From contig NC_079239.1 of NCBI RefSeq assembly GCF_027921745.1, forward strand, positions 2,728,001-2,792,000: DNA of 64,000 bases, written 5' to 3'. Positions within the stretch are counted from its first letter, which is position 1. The number at the start of each line of letters is the position of its first letter. Below, one piece after another: positions 46,399 through 59,482 of this stretch. The translations under genes and the position numbers were made by a program. Source of the stretch: Schizosaccharomyces osmophilus (lineage: Eukaryota). The notes under the pieces were generated by a model. The model saw only the letters and a program-made list of their open reading frames with translations. It did not search any database and was not told where the DNA came from.

Positions 46399-47337
46399 TT
46401 TCTGCTTTTTGTTTAATATTTATTTATTACAGTTAAAAATCAATTCCTTATTCCAATACAACAAGCAAACCCTTTTACGCCAAAAATATAGGAAGTAATA
46501 TTACGAGAAGGACAGAAGTGTGAAAGGGCAGCCATGAAACGTATAGAGCAAGAGCTCTTATTCTCTTAGTACAATTTAGAAAAAGAAGTATAGTAATAGA
46601 ACCAATCAAGTAATAAAAGAAAGAAACCCTTAAAAAAGGATCTACTTTGGGAACCAATTTCTACAAGTTCTCAGTTTGTTTATAGTCCATGTTCGTTAGC
46701 CTAGCCTTCAAATACGAATAATCCTTTGGAATTCCCCGGCTTCGCACAAGGCTTATAGTAATGAATAGACAATATCAAATAACAAGACAGCTAAATGAAT
46801 GAAACACAACTGCAGACTTCAGACTGTCTTTCGACTTTTTGTTTATTACTGCATTCCAAACAGTATCCTTATCATAAATTCTACAAAAACTTTAGAGCTC
46901 ACAATTTGCTGTCCGAGATAATTGCTTCATTGCCATTTGACACGGACAATACCTTTAACAAGTGAATGTTGCAGAGAAACGAATTGTTACTGCTGAAATT
47001 TGGCATTGAAGCAAGATTAACAATTCTATTTAGGGGATTGCGTCTATGAAGATTTGCTGACTGAATCTTCTTTACGGACGAGAAGTCATCTTTCGTATTT
47101 AGAAGCTTTTTACCTCTTGTTTTCTTTCCTCTAGACTTTTAAAAGCTCTTCTTGGTTTTTGTTTGGTTCATTCTTTTTGGTCAAAATTTCCCAACTGGTG
47201 CTGTCATTTACCATTTCATAATCATCTCAACTCAGCTGAATACAAAGCTGGTATAATTTATTTCCTTCAAAGTTTAATTACTCAAACTGATTGAAATATC
47301 AACAACAGATTTGTTATCGTCCGTTTCCTGTTTCACC

Positions 47338-48954
47338 ATGTCATCTAGTATCACTCGTCCAGTCTTATTTATAGCTGTTCGCGAAGGAGAATATGTTTTG
47401 AAGGACGAGTTTCAGTTGTCGGCACCAACGCAAAAGTATCATATCTCAGGCTCCCCGCTTGACCCAAATACTCCTATAAAAAGTCCTACCCCAGTTCATC
47501 TACAAATCGTGTCCTTTCCTTTTTCGGAAGGTGCCTTAGGGAAAGAATACATGGAAGAACTCCGTAAAGTGCCTGGTGTACATTATACTGAAGAAGGCCG
47601 GGAAGTCCCTAATATCCTTGAAAACTACAAAAGCTCGAAACGAAAGTCCTACACTCACTCCTCCAGTAACTTCAAGCTATACAGACCATCCTCACGCCCA
47701 GGAAGCTCTACCTTTAATCCTAAATGTTTTATTTCTTCTATTACTTTTTATGAGAATATTCTTCGTTCTTTCTACACTTCCCCTTCTCTTGGAACAACAT
47801 ATGCTTTTGCCAACCATGAAGAGTCTTTCTACTGGCTCGATTTAAGTACCAGTGGCACCCATTCTACTTTGCTTCGCATAGACTTTCACAGATCTCGCCC
47901 CGTGAGTCACCACATTAATGAATTTACAAAAACTCCAAAGTTTTTAGAAATTATCATCGGGTTTGATACGGGTGATGTTCTGTGGTACGATCCCATCAAT
48001 TACAAGTACTTACGGTTCAATAAAGGTGGACATTTTAATAATAACTCAGTAACCGCTGTTCAGTGGCTTCCTAATCAAGAGTCCGTATTTTTGGTGTCTT
48101 TTCAGAATGGATGGGTTATATATTATGACAAAAACCAGCAAGAGCAACCGCTCTACTCTTCCATTCCGGAAAAAAACTTGAAATCTTTGTATCTAAGTTC
48201 GCGTGGTACTTTTACTGTGCTTAAAGACTTTCCTTCTCCCGACGATAGAAAACCTTTAAATCCCGTTGCTTGTATTGCTTTTTCAAATTCCCCAATTAAT
48301 GCATTTTCAACATCTCCTGACCACCAACATTTGGCGGTCGTATCCGAACGAGGAACTTTGAAACTTTTGAAGTATGCAGAACTAAAAATGCTTGACATTT
48401 TTCACAGCTATTTTGGCGGCTTATCATGTATAGCTTGGTCACCAGATGGAAAGTTTATTGTCACTGGCGGAAAGGATGATATGCTATCGGTTTACTCATT
48501 TCCCCAAAGAAAACTTGTTGCACGTTGTCAAGGACATAAGTCTTGGGTCTTGGGTATAACTTTTGACCGATGGCGTTGCAAAGACGACAGTTACCGCATC
48601 GCCAGTGTTGGCCTCGACTGCCAATTGCTTTTATGGGATTTTCTCGTAAGCGCACTTCACCGCCCAAAGTCTGCCCTTAACTACGTTAATAATCATGCTG
48701 AACCATCCAAGCCGACTATGAGTGATCTCGATGATGTTGGTGATCTTAATGTTCAATCAGGCTACAAAGGATTTGAACAAAATGACATAACAATCCACCC
48801 AACAGTTTCTCGATCTCTCATTCCAATCATATCCCCAATTACCTCCTACACTGTTGATGAGGCGCCTGTGACATCCGTCGTTTTCCAACCTGATTGTATG
48901 GTTACTTGCTCGTTGAACGGGAGAATCCGAATCTGGCAAAGACCCTCATGTTGA
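47338..48954 (+). CDS. bun62: WD40 protein, WDR20/CreC type (Ubp9 complex)
   Basis: SYFGGLSCIAWSPDGKFIVTGGKDD, ARCQGHKSWV, YRIASVGLDCQLLLWDF; ATG at 47338. Confidence 0.9.
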   Translation: MSSSITRPVLFIAVREGEYVLKDEFQLSAPTQKYHISGSPLDPNTPIKSPTPVHLQIVSFPFSEGALGKEYMEELRKVPGVHYTEEGREVPNILENYKSSKRKSYTHSSSNFKLYRPSSRPGSSTFNPKCFISSITFYENILRSFYTSPSLGTTYAFANHEESFYWLDLSTSGTHSTLLRIDFHRSRPVSHHINEFTKTPKFLEIIIGFDTGDVLWYDPINYKYLRFNKGGHFNNNSVTAVQWLPNQESVFLVSFQNGWVIYYDKNQQEQPLYSSIPEKNLKSLYLSSRGTFTVLKDFPSPDDRKPLNPVACIAFSNSPINAFSTSPDHQHLAVVSERGTLKLLKYAELKMLDIFHSYFGGLSCIAWSPDGKFIVTGGKDDMLSVYSFPQRKLVARCQGHKSWVLGITFDRWRCKDDSYRIASVGLDCQLLLWDFLVSALHRPKSALNYVNNHAEPSKPTMSDLDDVGDLNVQSGYKGFEQNDITIHPTVSRSLIPIISPITSYTVDEAPVTSVVFQPDCMVTCSLNGRIRIWQRPSC

Positions 48955-49454
48955 CCGAAAGCTATACTTGCTTGTAAATGCTTACTTCCTTAATGATTGT
49001 TGTTTTTATGATACTTTCTCCATCGATAGAGTTGTCGAGTGTTTGTTTTCATTCTCATAGATGCGCGTATGATTTTCTTCAAAAGTTTAGCTTAAATGGT
49101 GTAAATAGAAAATGATCGGCGTTATATTCTCCAACAATGTTCCAATCTCAAAGTCAGTAATTGTGTATATACATATTAATATAGCTATTTTTTAAACCTT
49201 TTTTCATCTTTATCAAATATTGTCTAACCTAGCATAGACGATGACAGATTCTAGTAATTCTTCATTTTTTTTTTTCAGATGAGTCCCCCGAATATCTCAA
49301 CGTGTGCTGGTTGCCTTTTAACCAAATGCATTCTAATCTGTTTCTCATAATAGATTTAAAAAAGAAATAAAATAAGCCAGTTTCCCTTGGCTTGACTTCA
49401 TATCTTTCCTTCTTGCAAATTTCATTATCAATCCTTCGTTACAAGTGCCACTCG

Positions 49455-50801
49455 ATGTCTGGTTCAGAAGACACCATCCCGGTCTATGTAAACTATAGGG
49501 ACTCATATGTAGAACCGAAAATTAAAAATGCATTATTAGAAAGTGGAATTCCATTGAAATTTGTGGATTCACGAGCTGACGCGAAGTTATTCTGGGCACA
49601 ATATGAAGACATTGATTTTGACAAGCTCTGTGATGATACTGGGACGCTAGCATGCTCTTATGTTATTCGAAAAGCACTTATTCGTAAAGAATACTTATGG
49701 AACACGGTGGTACACTATTTAGCCAAGAATCCAAAATCGATTCTGAGGACGGCTGTTCCTGAAGCATTTTCTTTAGAGCTTGATTATGCAGAGTTTTTAG
49801 ACGATTCGCTTATGGAGTCGTATGAGCTTCGACAAGAGCTGGAAAACAACGAAGCTTTAGAACCCCAACAAAGAAAATGGTATATACTGAAACCAAGCAT
49901 GTGTGATGGTGCACAAGGAATCCGTATTTTCTCTACAATTGAGGAACTGCAAGCTATATTTGATTCGTTTGATGAAGCCTTAAGTGATGATGATGAAGAG
50001 TCCAACCATTCATCTCGCGAAAACGAGATAGAAAATATAGGTGCATTGACAGTAAATGACCGAAATCCAGAAAACAAAATCGTCATTCATCAAATCCGCC
50101 ATTTTCTTGTACAACGGTACATTGCCAATCCTTTATTACTAAACAATAGGAAATTTCATATCCGTGCATATGTTTTAGCCGTTGGTGGTTTATCCGTTTA
50201 TTTGTTTAAAGAAATGCTGTGCTTGCTTGCCAGAGACGAATACGAGTCTCCTCATGCCGATGGCGAAATCAACTTGTATGGTCAATTGAGCAACACATGC
50301 ATCCAAGGAGACGCTCCAAGAGAGGCCTCCGTACAATCATTTTGGAATAGCTCTATTAATAATAAGGAAAAAGTTTTTGAATCTCTTGTACACATATTGG
50401 GAGATGTTTTTGAAGCTGCTGCAACTACGCAACGAATTCATTTTCAGGTATGCATATCTACTAAGGCTTTCGCATACAATTTACTAACATGAATGTTTAG
50501 CCTTTGAACAACTCGTTTGAGATTTTTGGAGTTGATTTCATGGTCGACGAAACTAATCAAGTACACTTACTTGAAGTGAATGCTGTGAGTATAATTGACA
50601 TCTTGTGGGTTCAAATAATTTACTAATGTATAATAGTATCCGGATTTTAGACAAACGGGTGATGAATTATCTGGATTAGTTGAAAGATTATTCAAGTCTG
50701 TAGTTCATACTGCAATCGTCCCTTTCTTTCATCCAAAGAAGAAGTGTGGGGCTTCTTCTGACTTAGTTTTAGCTCGCGAACTAAAAATATATGGTTTTTA
50801 A
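49455..50801 (+). CDS. pby1: Tubulin-tyrosine ligase-like protein (Pby1)
   Basis: SYVIRKALIRK, ILKPSMCDGAQGIRIF, RKFHIRAYV, FEIFGVDF and LLEVNAYPDF after splicing introns 50448-50500 and 50585-50636. Confidence 0.9.
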
Positions 50802-51022
50802 TTTTCATAGGGCTTCCTATTAAAGGCACCTTTGATGTCACAATACTGTCAGTTTGAGGTTGTATTAATTTTGAGTTTGTCATTAAAAAATAAGGTATAT
50901 ACGGAATAAAGTTAATTAAAAAATAAAGTTTATAGTAAGTAGTTGGTACTTATTCTAGTATTTATATATGTACACTCTCGTCTCCGGTTCCAACTTGTAG
51001 AAATATCTAATGCCTTACAAAA

Positions 51023-53048
51023 ATGCTTTCGTTACGCTCTTTAAGTCATGGATTTAAAAAATTATTTGGAAATAAAGAATTATTGCATTCATTGCAACCT
51101 AATGTACGTACCAAAAGTAGCAAAACCTTTGGTCAGCCAACCTCATTTACACGGCCGCATCTATTACGACCAGGAGAACGTATGTGCTGAGTTTGATGAT
51201 ATATTTCAAGACCCTAATGCTGTTCAGTTACACCGAAAGTAAACGCAGATGAATATAGAGCCAGGAGGGATAATGTGGCAGCACTTATGCAAGAAGGTGA
51301 TTTATTGATTACCACTTCTGCCGCTGTGAAGTAAGAGGAAAAACTATCATGCTTTATGAAAAATTGAAATTAACTTCTTTTAGATACATGTGTGGTGCAG
51401 CTTTGTATGCCTTTTCATCATGATTTGTGATTGCGCCAAACTAATAAACATCGTCTAGTTATGAGTATCATCAAGACCCAAATTTGTAAGCTATACCCAT
51501 ATTCGACACAAAGGTTAACATGATTTAGTTATTATCTAACTGGTAATGCACGCTCGATTTATTGCAATTTGCTAACATCATCAAAGGGTGCTTGGAGCCT
51601 GATTCCATCCTACTTATACGTATGTGTGAACAAGGGAAAGGTTTCATTTATATTAATCTCCAATAGTGAAAGAAAGAGACGTGTTTGAAAATTATAAGCT
51701 TGCTCTCTTCCTTCCACCTAAAAATTCGTATGCGGAAAAATGGGAAGGCTTTCGCACTGGCGTAGAAAATGGGAGAATTTTGTTCCATATTGAGAATGCA
51801 AGTACTGATTATGAAAAAAAAAATATTAACTGAACGTGTAGATTCAAGAAAATTGGGAAGCACCGTTTGTGATTGAAGAGTTTGGTAACAGATGCAAACG
51901 GGTATTCTACAATACACAGAGAGGTTATCCTTACAAAGATCCCGTAGGCTCTTCTCCAGATGTTGTTCGGGATAAAATTAGGGATTTGCAGAGCAAAAAG
52001 CCGTTTCGATCAGCTAACGAGCTTCTGCATCCCCTGCGAACAATCAAAAGTGAAAGTGAAATATCATGTCTACAACGGGCAGCATCGATAAGTGGAAATG
52101 CATACAGAGAAGTCATGGCGAAGGACTTTCTTGAAGAAAATCAACTGGCTACTGAGCTCGAATATAGATTCAAAATGGGCGGTTGTCAACGGTCGGCTTA
52201 TGTACCTGTTGTAGCCGGGGGAAGAGTAAGTTTTCTACTTAAAATTACATCTATGAGCCATAAAATCAGAAAATCATTAATATCCCGTAATATCCTTATC
52301 TGTTCTAACCAAGTATAGAATGGACTCTGCATTCACTATACGGCGAATGACGATGCATTCCAACAAAATGATATGGTGCTAGTGGATGCAGGAGGCGTAC
52401 GTCTTTGTGTAAACGCCAGGTATGCTAACCTTGCAGGAATATGGAGGATATGTTACAGATATTTCTCGGACTTGGCCAACTGGAAGGGGGTTTACACCAG
52501 CCCAACGAGATTTGTACCAAGCTGTTTTAAACGTACAAAAAAAGTGCATCGACTTATGCACCAGTAGTGCAGGGTTAAGCTTGGCGAGAATCCACTATGA
52601 GAGTGCTGTTTTGTTGAAAGAGGAGCTTAAGCAAATTGGCATATATGGTTCGAAATCGGTATAGTACAACAAAATAATTCATCCCCACTAAAAACTAACG
52701 AAATTTAGGAAATCGAGGACGTTTTGTATCCGCATTCCATCGGTCATGAGATTGGTTTAGAAATCCACGACTGCTACTCAAACAACAGTTTTTCTCCTTT
52801 GAAGAAAAACCAAATTGTACGTACTTACCTAGTGAGCTTTTTTATTTTTTCGCTGACATCTTTAGGTGACCATTGAGCCTGGAATTTATGTTCCCTTAAA
52901 TAACCGTTGGCCAAAATGGGCGCAGGGAATTGCTATTCGTATAGAAGATAGTGTTCTGGTGGGAGAACAAGAGCCATTTGTATTAACAAAAGATACGCCC
53001 AAGGAAGTCAAGGAAATTCAGAGCTTACGTGAAAGCTCTGAGTTGTAA
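51023..53048 (+). CDS. icp55: Mitochondrial intermediate cleavage peptidase (M24B aminopeptidase P); 12 exons
   Basis: GQPT..TRPHLL, YHQDPNFYYLTG, DAGGEYGGYVTDISRTWP, PHSIGHEIGLEIHD, TIEPGIY and IRIED, assembled across 11 introns. Confidence 0.9.
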
Positions 53049-53203
53049 TTTCTGTTTCTCTATTATTTTACTTTTGAGGATAAAGGCATAACTAATATTA
53101 TGGTACAATCTGGACACCAGAAAAAGAAAAGTCGAGGTCAAAAATGGTATATTGGTACTAGGTGTTTCCTTAGAGGTATTCTTCAATGAATGAATATATT
53201 TAT

Positions 53204-53681
53204 TTAAAATAAATCGGGCATTCGTAATGTATGATCTCTCCGGCTGCGACAATAGGCGCTTAGTTCCTGTAGTACTTTGCTATTTCTCCATTGTTCAGGT
53301 ACTACACGCTCGCCAGAAGACCAATACAAACTAATTTAAAAAAGGTTAGTAGCCAATATAACAAAAATAGTTGAGTATTAGCACTTACATATCCCAATCG
53401 GGTTCATCAAGGAGACGGTCATATTCTTGGAGATCAGAAACGCAGTACTTATCCAGCCTTGTTTTAGCAAAGTTTGACAGGAGTAGATCCGTTTCCAAAA
53501 TTCCTCTCTTCCTCGATTGGTACTTTAGTCTTGCTCGTAATGATTCTTCTGTTTCGTCCTCGCGATCAACTCGCTTTAAATCACCTTTCGTAGTAATGAA
53601 GCGTAAGCCAACAAATCCGTTAAAATGTAAAGAATTCCTCACAAAAAGACTGTTTGCCTGATTAAAAGATGCTTTCAACAT
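53204..53681 (-). CDS. emi5: Succinate dehydrogenase assembly factor Sdh5/SDHAF2
   Basis: [30 protein letters not shown]; one intron; ends ...LRMPDLF*. Confidence 0.92.
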
Positions 53682-53937
53682 TTTGGCTGATATTGGTTAT
53701 GAACATACTAGTTCCCGGGGAGCGTATACGTCGGTCGGCTAGAGACAAGGACAACTGTGAAACCGACTTTGACATTCAATAAATTTAAATTGTTCTATTA
53801 TTTTATTGATTTTTCTTCTTCATAATTTTTTCCCAAGTAAAAAATACCTCCATTCTACTTTCATATACCATCCTTAGGAGCCTATGCCATCTTCTACCAG
53901 TTGCCCTCTACCACCCAGAAAGTGCAAGTTGAAATAA

Positions 53938-54810
53938 ATGGACGGAGAATATATATATAAGTTTATTAGAGAATCACCACCTGGTGAAGTTAACCAGGTG
54001 GTACAAGGTAATATTTTGTTGTAACCGCTGAAACGGCTTCTCACACTGAAATAATAGATATTCGAGCACTTGGATTGACCGACGAGGACCGCATTCAAAA
54101 GCAACTTCAATTGCATCATGAAGATTCAAATTCTCCTGTAACGTTATCCCAAGATGAAAGAGCAGTCCTTTCCTCTGAAAGCAAATTGGATGACGGTCGC
54201 TACTATGATCAACGATTGCAAAAGTCCTTTGCAGTGAATTTCGAAACAATGGTATGAAGGAAAGCACTTCCAAAGAAATGCTCTTGCTAACAATATGCTT
54301 TAGGAAGCAATTGATGTTGAGGATTATAAAGAGAAACCAATTATCTCAGAGGACATTGTTAAACAAATTCAAAAGGTTACTTTGGATCATTATTTGTCTG
54401 ATGTATCAATTGGAGTTTTACAAAAGGATGCGAATGTTCCTGAATACAGCATCATGCTCGTGTCCGTAAAGTATAACCCTCAAAATTACTATAACGGTCG
54501 TTGGAGGTGTGTCTGCAAGTATGATACGGAGAGGAAGAAGTTAAGTGGAACTTCCTTTATCAGGGTGCATTACTATGAAGATGGTAATGTCTGGTTAGAT
54601 GCCGAGCGTCCTATTGATGTGAGCGTTGATGATACTGGAAAGCTTTCAGATGCCCTAATAGAAACAGAAAATGCAAATCAGCGCTCTTTTAATGTGGAGC
54701 TTTCTTCCCTGAATGATAAAAAGTTCAAAGAACTTCGCCGACAACTTCCTATTACACGCCAGAAAATTAATTGGGAGAATGTTTTAGGATTACGCATGAG
54801 AAACACATAA
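53938..54810 (+). CDS. acp1: F-actin capping protein alpha subunit
   Basis: FIRESPPGEVNQV, NYYNGRWR, VHYYEDGNV, FKELRRQLPITRQKINW; introns 54008-54057 and 54252-54303. Confidence 0.95.
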
Positions 54811-55286
54811 GCCAGCTCTTGATCTGCTCCCAGAATTTAATGAAACTATCTTACAAAGCTGAACCTGTTGCTTATAAAACCTATTCCTTTTGGACTTGAA
54901 GTGAAACGAACTTTTTCTCTCTTTTATTATTTTCATTGTCTATTCTAAAGAAATCCTCTGTTTTAGTATTGGACATGTATCAATGCTTCAAAAGTCTATC
55001 CACTTCTTTTCTACAAGTTGTTTTTTTTTTGGTTTATGGCTAGATTTTCTGACCAGCTTGATGACCAGACTACTAGAAACTAGACAATCGTTTCTACTTA
55101 TTCAATTACAATTTCTTTAATAATCATGGACTTTTGACAAGAAATAACTTTTCTTTTTTTGTCATAAGCTCACCAACGATGTAAACACAAGTTACAATAA
55201 ATCTGCACAATTGTTTACCAAAAGTTATTAAAAAGGTACCATTTTGAAGCTAATAAAAAAATTGGATGATTGTAAGCAAAAAATAG

Positions 55287-56519
55287 CTAATGAAGGGCTT
55301 GAAGGTCCACATTCTCTCTAAGCAATATGCTCATTTCGGGAGGGATACCAAATATAACAAGGAATAATGGTTTCAATGAAACAGTAAGCGAGCCACTACG
55401 GATAAGTGTTTTCTCCAAAATAATCATAGTTCGGAATTGAATCGAGGATTATATCGGCAAACAAATGGACAAAGAGTAAAGACAGCAATGCAGTAAACCA
55501 GGGACGGTTACAAACCTTCGCAGAGCATTCAGATCTATATTTCATTTGGAGCCTATCTTTAAAAGCAAAAGAATTGCAAACAACCAAATTAGGTTAGACG
55601 CAGAATCTACTCGCTTGCAAAATGCAATAGAGAGAAACCAGCCATAACAGCCAACTTTTACTGGGAAAAAGATCCGATTGAAACTTTCCTGATTCTTATT
55701 TCGTTGTTGGTATAGAAGGTAGAGTTGCTCATCAGCTTCAAGTGAGGTTTGAAAGTAATGGCTAGATAGTTGGTTCCATTATCAAAACACTCTACCATGT
55801 TAGGATTATTTCCTATCAATTCGTGAACGTATGTGAACCATGTTTAATAGAAAGTTACTTCTAATTATACAGGAACAATCGAGAATACGGTTCAACAAGG
55901 AATCATTGAAAGACTTAAAGCGCATGTTTTCGACAAGCAGAGAAACGGTTGCATTATGACTGCAGACCTGTGAAAGCAAATTAGAGATGATTAATAGAAA
56001 GTTTTGATGATGGGAATTCAAATGCAAGCAACCCCATACAAAGAATTTTCCCAGTGTAATTCACGGGTATAGAAAACAAATATGAGATCAAGGAATGGCA
56101 GGATTATCGTACACCTTAGATACATGTGTCAATCACTCGCTTGTGACATCCACTTTTATCAAGAGCGTTAACGATGAATAGACACCATTGTAAAGAAATT
56201 TTCATATAAAAGTCAAAACTTCAATTTCTTTTCTTTTTTCTTTATCTTTATAGGATTGTCGAGCATTCAACAAAGCGTTGCATATTGCATATCAATCGAG
56301 AGTATGCCTTTTTGGATTTTACATTCAGCATAGGTTTTTCCAATTTTCGAGGAATTATTTTAAATTTGTAGATAATCAAGAATATATTCATCCAAGACTC
56401 TGCTTGACAACAATTAGTCATTCGTGCTAACTTTTCAGCAATACAGGAAAAATTATAAACTCTCCGTTTCTATTTCTTTTCGGTAGAGCTTCTTAATCTT
56501 GTATCAATATGTAAAACAT
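55287..56519 (-). pseudogene. til1: Decayed mitochondrial tRNA(Ile)-lysidine synthetase (TilS family) gene
   Basis: Occupies the til1 slot and strand between acp1 and pet8. Ordered remnants: LSSRVLD (~56390-56410; SGGVD P-loop), TCI*GVR, SLIC-8aa-QPFLCLSK (RPLL motif), IPC, RIRKVSIGSFS, DRLQMKYRS...RP, SIP, GIP...*. Many stops and frameshifts. The comparison uses the recalled S. pombe Til1 sequence. Confidence 0.7.
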
Positions 56520-56669
56520 CAATTTCCAACTAAAAGAAACCCTTAGAGCGAAGAACTTGAACTGTCTTCAGATGAACCAGTCGATTGCATGTCATCCTTG
56601 ATTTCATTAATAACTTTTCTACTCACAACCAAAGCATCCATAATTTAAATTAGACAAAAGAGACACACC

Positions 56670-57711
56670 ATGTCCTTTATTGAAGCATTAGGCGTAAGTA
56701 ATGGCTAATTAAAGGCTCTTTCAAACTGAGGCTCTTGTTATTTACAAATTCTTAGTCTGGAATATGCGCAGGATTGGCTGTTGATTTATCTCTATTTCCA
56801 GTGGATACGTTAAAAACTCGATTGCAAGCAAAGGGAGGATTTCTTGCAAATGGTGGATTTCAAGGCGTGTATAGAGGCCTTGGTAGCATCTTGGTTGGCA
56901 GTGCTCCTGGAGGTAATGAAACTATGAGAGCTCAAGGAGCTTCTTCAAATGATTTCACTTAAAAATTTAAAATAAAGTTTTCCTACGAACTAACAGTAAC
57001 TAACAACATCGTCAGCTTCTTTGTTTTTTACAACTTATGAGACTATGAAAACCAATCTCAGCCGTTCAAAGCTTCCATTGTCTGAACCAGTAATCCATAT
57101 GACTTCTGGATCAATGGGCGAAATTGCTGCTTGCTTGGTACGAGTTCCTACGGAAGTCATCAAGCAAAGAGCTCAGGCTTCTGGTGGAACACTTTCATCC
57201 GGAAATGTTCTCCAAACAATTTGGAAATCCGAGCAATCCTTGAGAGGTTTATATTCTGGTTACGGAATCACCATTGCGAGAGAGATTCCATTCACATTAA
57301 TACAATTTCCTCTATGGGAATATCTCAAAAAGGCATGGAGGACTTCCAACAACCGAGAGAAGAATCTGGCTCACGAGGCCGCTTTGTCTGGATCCCTTGC
57401 CGGAGGTATTGCTGCTGCAGTTACTACTCCCCTTGACGTTATAAAAACGAGAATTATGCTTTCACAAAAGGTAACGATATATTCGGGACACTATCCATTG
57501 TATTATGCATTTCTTCTAACGTAAACAGAGAACGGCCTACGTATCTACGGTGAAAAATATCATTCAATTTGAAGGAGGTCGTGCCCTTTTTTCAGGCATC
57601 GTTCCTCGTGTTCTCTGGCTCAGCGGTGGAGGTGCCATTTTCCTAGGATTTTACGACACTGTCTTCAATTTCATCCATGATCATCACATCTTCAATGAAA
57701 AGGGTCTTTAA
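56670..57711 (+). CDS. pet8: Mitochondrial S-adenosylmethionine carrier (Pet8/Sam5 family)
   Basis: Three carrier signatures (PVDTLKTRLQ, PTEVIKQRAQ, PLDVIKTRIM), REIPFTLIQFPLWE; three introns. Confidence 0.92.
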
Positions 57712-58231
57712 ATCTCTTTTTAATATATCCCTACAAGCACTTTCTTTTCTTGATATCACCCCCAGAAACTTTTATAAAAATTCTTTTGGCTATTTATGCT
57801 GGTCAGCGTATTTGGAGCACTAAATGATATTGAATATAGATACTTGAGTTTTGTTTTTTGCTACACTTTGGATTTTCGTATTACATAGAATCAATTCAAA
57901 AAGAAATTTACAATTTAATCAAGTATAAAAATGAAAATTGAGAAATAAAATCGTTTACAAAGAAATACTATTCAGCAAATGAATCTTAGTGTTACATTTA
58001 TCTTTCGTATTCTTGGGTTTTCCTTGACAACACCACCAGTTAACTTCTGTTTCTATCAATGTTTGGTGCCTTCAATAGCTTAAAAGGGATTTGAGAGATC
58101 TACTAGTAATTTTAGTAATTTGGAATACATTTTTAGTTCGTTTGACTTTGAAAGGTAAAACGGGAGTATCATCAAAGTCTAACACCCAAAGTTTATAAAA
58201 GTCGCCGTCGGTTTTCCCTTAAATTTTCTTC

Positions 58232-59482
58232 ATGGAGAAACCTTTACCCAAACCCCCCTCTAGTCCTAAGTTTGCTAGCACTAGTAATGATGGAGATTTT
58301 CTTCTTGACGACCTTGTGTTTGGATTGAAACGTTATGAAGCAGCATTTTATATCAAATCCGGAGTAGAAAGCGTCCTACATAGTTTTACGAAAGCTGAAG
58401 AGCTAGAGATGATTAAGCTGAGCTTTTTAATTGCTGACAGTCCCTACCGACCGATATCTTTGGAAAGTGTGCCTTCTAAGATACTATTTGGTTCCTTTTT
58501 ATTCTATGTGAAGGACAAAATATATGAAAAAGCTGGTCACATACTTGATAGACAATTTTGTTTTGCTCTTCGAAGGCTTGCTTCTGATGACTCCTCTGTT
58601 AACAATGAATTTTTCTTTCAGCAGGTCAAAAGTAATTTTCTTTCACTTCCCAAGGTTAAAATAAAAATGCTCTCAGTGTTTTTTTCTATCGTACAAATTG
58701 TCCTGTCTAAACTTCGAGGAGGAAATCATGAACGTGTCCAGTTTTTTGCATCTATTGCCGCAGTGATCCTACCAAAAGAGCAGGTTGATGAAATGTATTT
58801 TCTGGTTGAATATGTATCAATAAACGCACAGAAGATATTCCAAATTCAACCTCCTTCTCCCCGGGTGCTTCATCCTCTTCCTCAACCAAATAATAATCAA
58901 AGACCGGTATTAATAGATAAAGGAATCCAAAAAAAAAATGTCAATCTGACTACAGACCAGGAAAAAGGTTCTACTGCACATAATAATCATATCAATTCAG
59001 TTACGCAAAGAACCAAGCAAGCAGGATCAGAATTTTCTTGGCACACTGAAAATCCCAACATTCCAAGAAATACGACTTTTAATGCGGATTTTTCTGCTAG
59101 CAAGAAAGAACGAGCAGCCCCAGGAGTAGTTTCTCCTGCTATGGAACAGTACGACTATGAGCAACAAACTAAAGATTATAATGATGAAATAGCTAGCAAA
59201 AGTAAACCGACAATTCTCATGGTACCAATTGATGTTTACGAAAAACTGAACAAAAAATTTATTGAAGCTTCCGATGAACTAAGAAATGCTTCAAATAGCT
59301 ATCAGGAAATTCGTGAGGAAATTGATACACTGTATGAAACTTTCGCCGATGAAGTCAATTCTTTTGAAAACTCGAAGAAATTACAAGAAGAAAAAATATT
59401 CCAAGAAAAGATTAGTGTTGAGCGAAAAATTAAAGCGTATCAAAAGGAACATTTAGCAGCTACCGAGCACGGACTTACATGA
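58232..59482 (+). CDS. nod1: Medial cortical node protein Nod1 (Gef2-related C-terminal coiled coil)
   Basis: 416-aa ORF starting MEKPLP, C-terminal coiled coil; named mainly from synteny. Confidence 0.7.
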   Translation: MEKPLPKPPSSPKFASTSNDGDFLLDDLVFGLKRYEAAFYIKSGVESVLHSFTKAEELEMIKLSFLIADSPYRPISLESVPSKILFGSFLFYVKDKIYEKAGHILDRQFCFALRRLASDDSSVNNEFFFQQVKSNFLSLPKVKIKMLSVFFSIVQIVLSKLRGGNHERVQFFASIAAVILPKEQVDEMYFLVEYVSINAQKIFQIQPPSPRVLHPLPQPNNNQRPVLIDKGIQKKNVNLTTDQEKGSTAHNNHINSVTQRTKQAGSEFSWHTENPNIPRNTTFNADFSASKKERAAPGVVSPAMEQYDYEQQTKDYNDEIASKSKPTILMVPIDVYEKLNKKFIEASDELRNASNSYQEIREEIDTLYETFADEVNSFENSKKLQEEKIFQEKISVERKIKAYQKEHLAATEHGLT

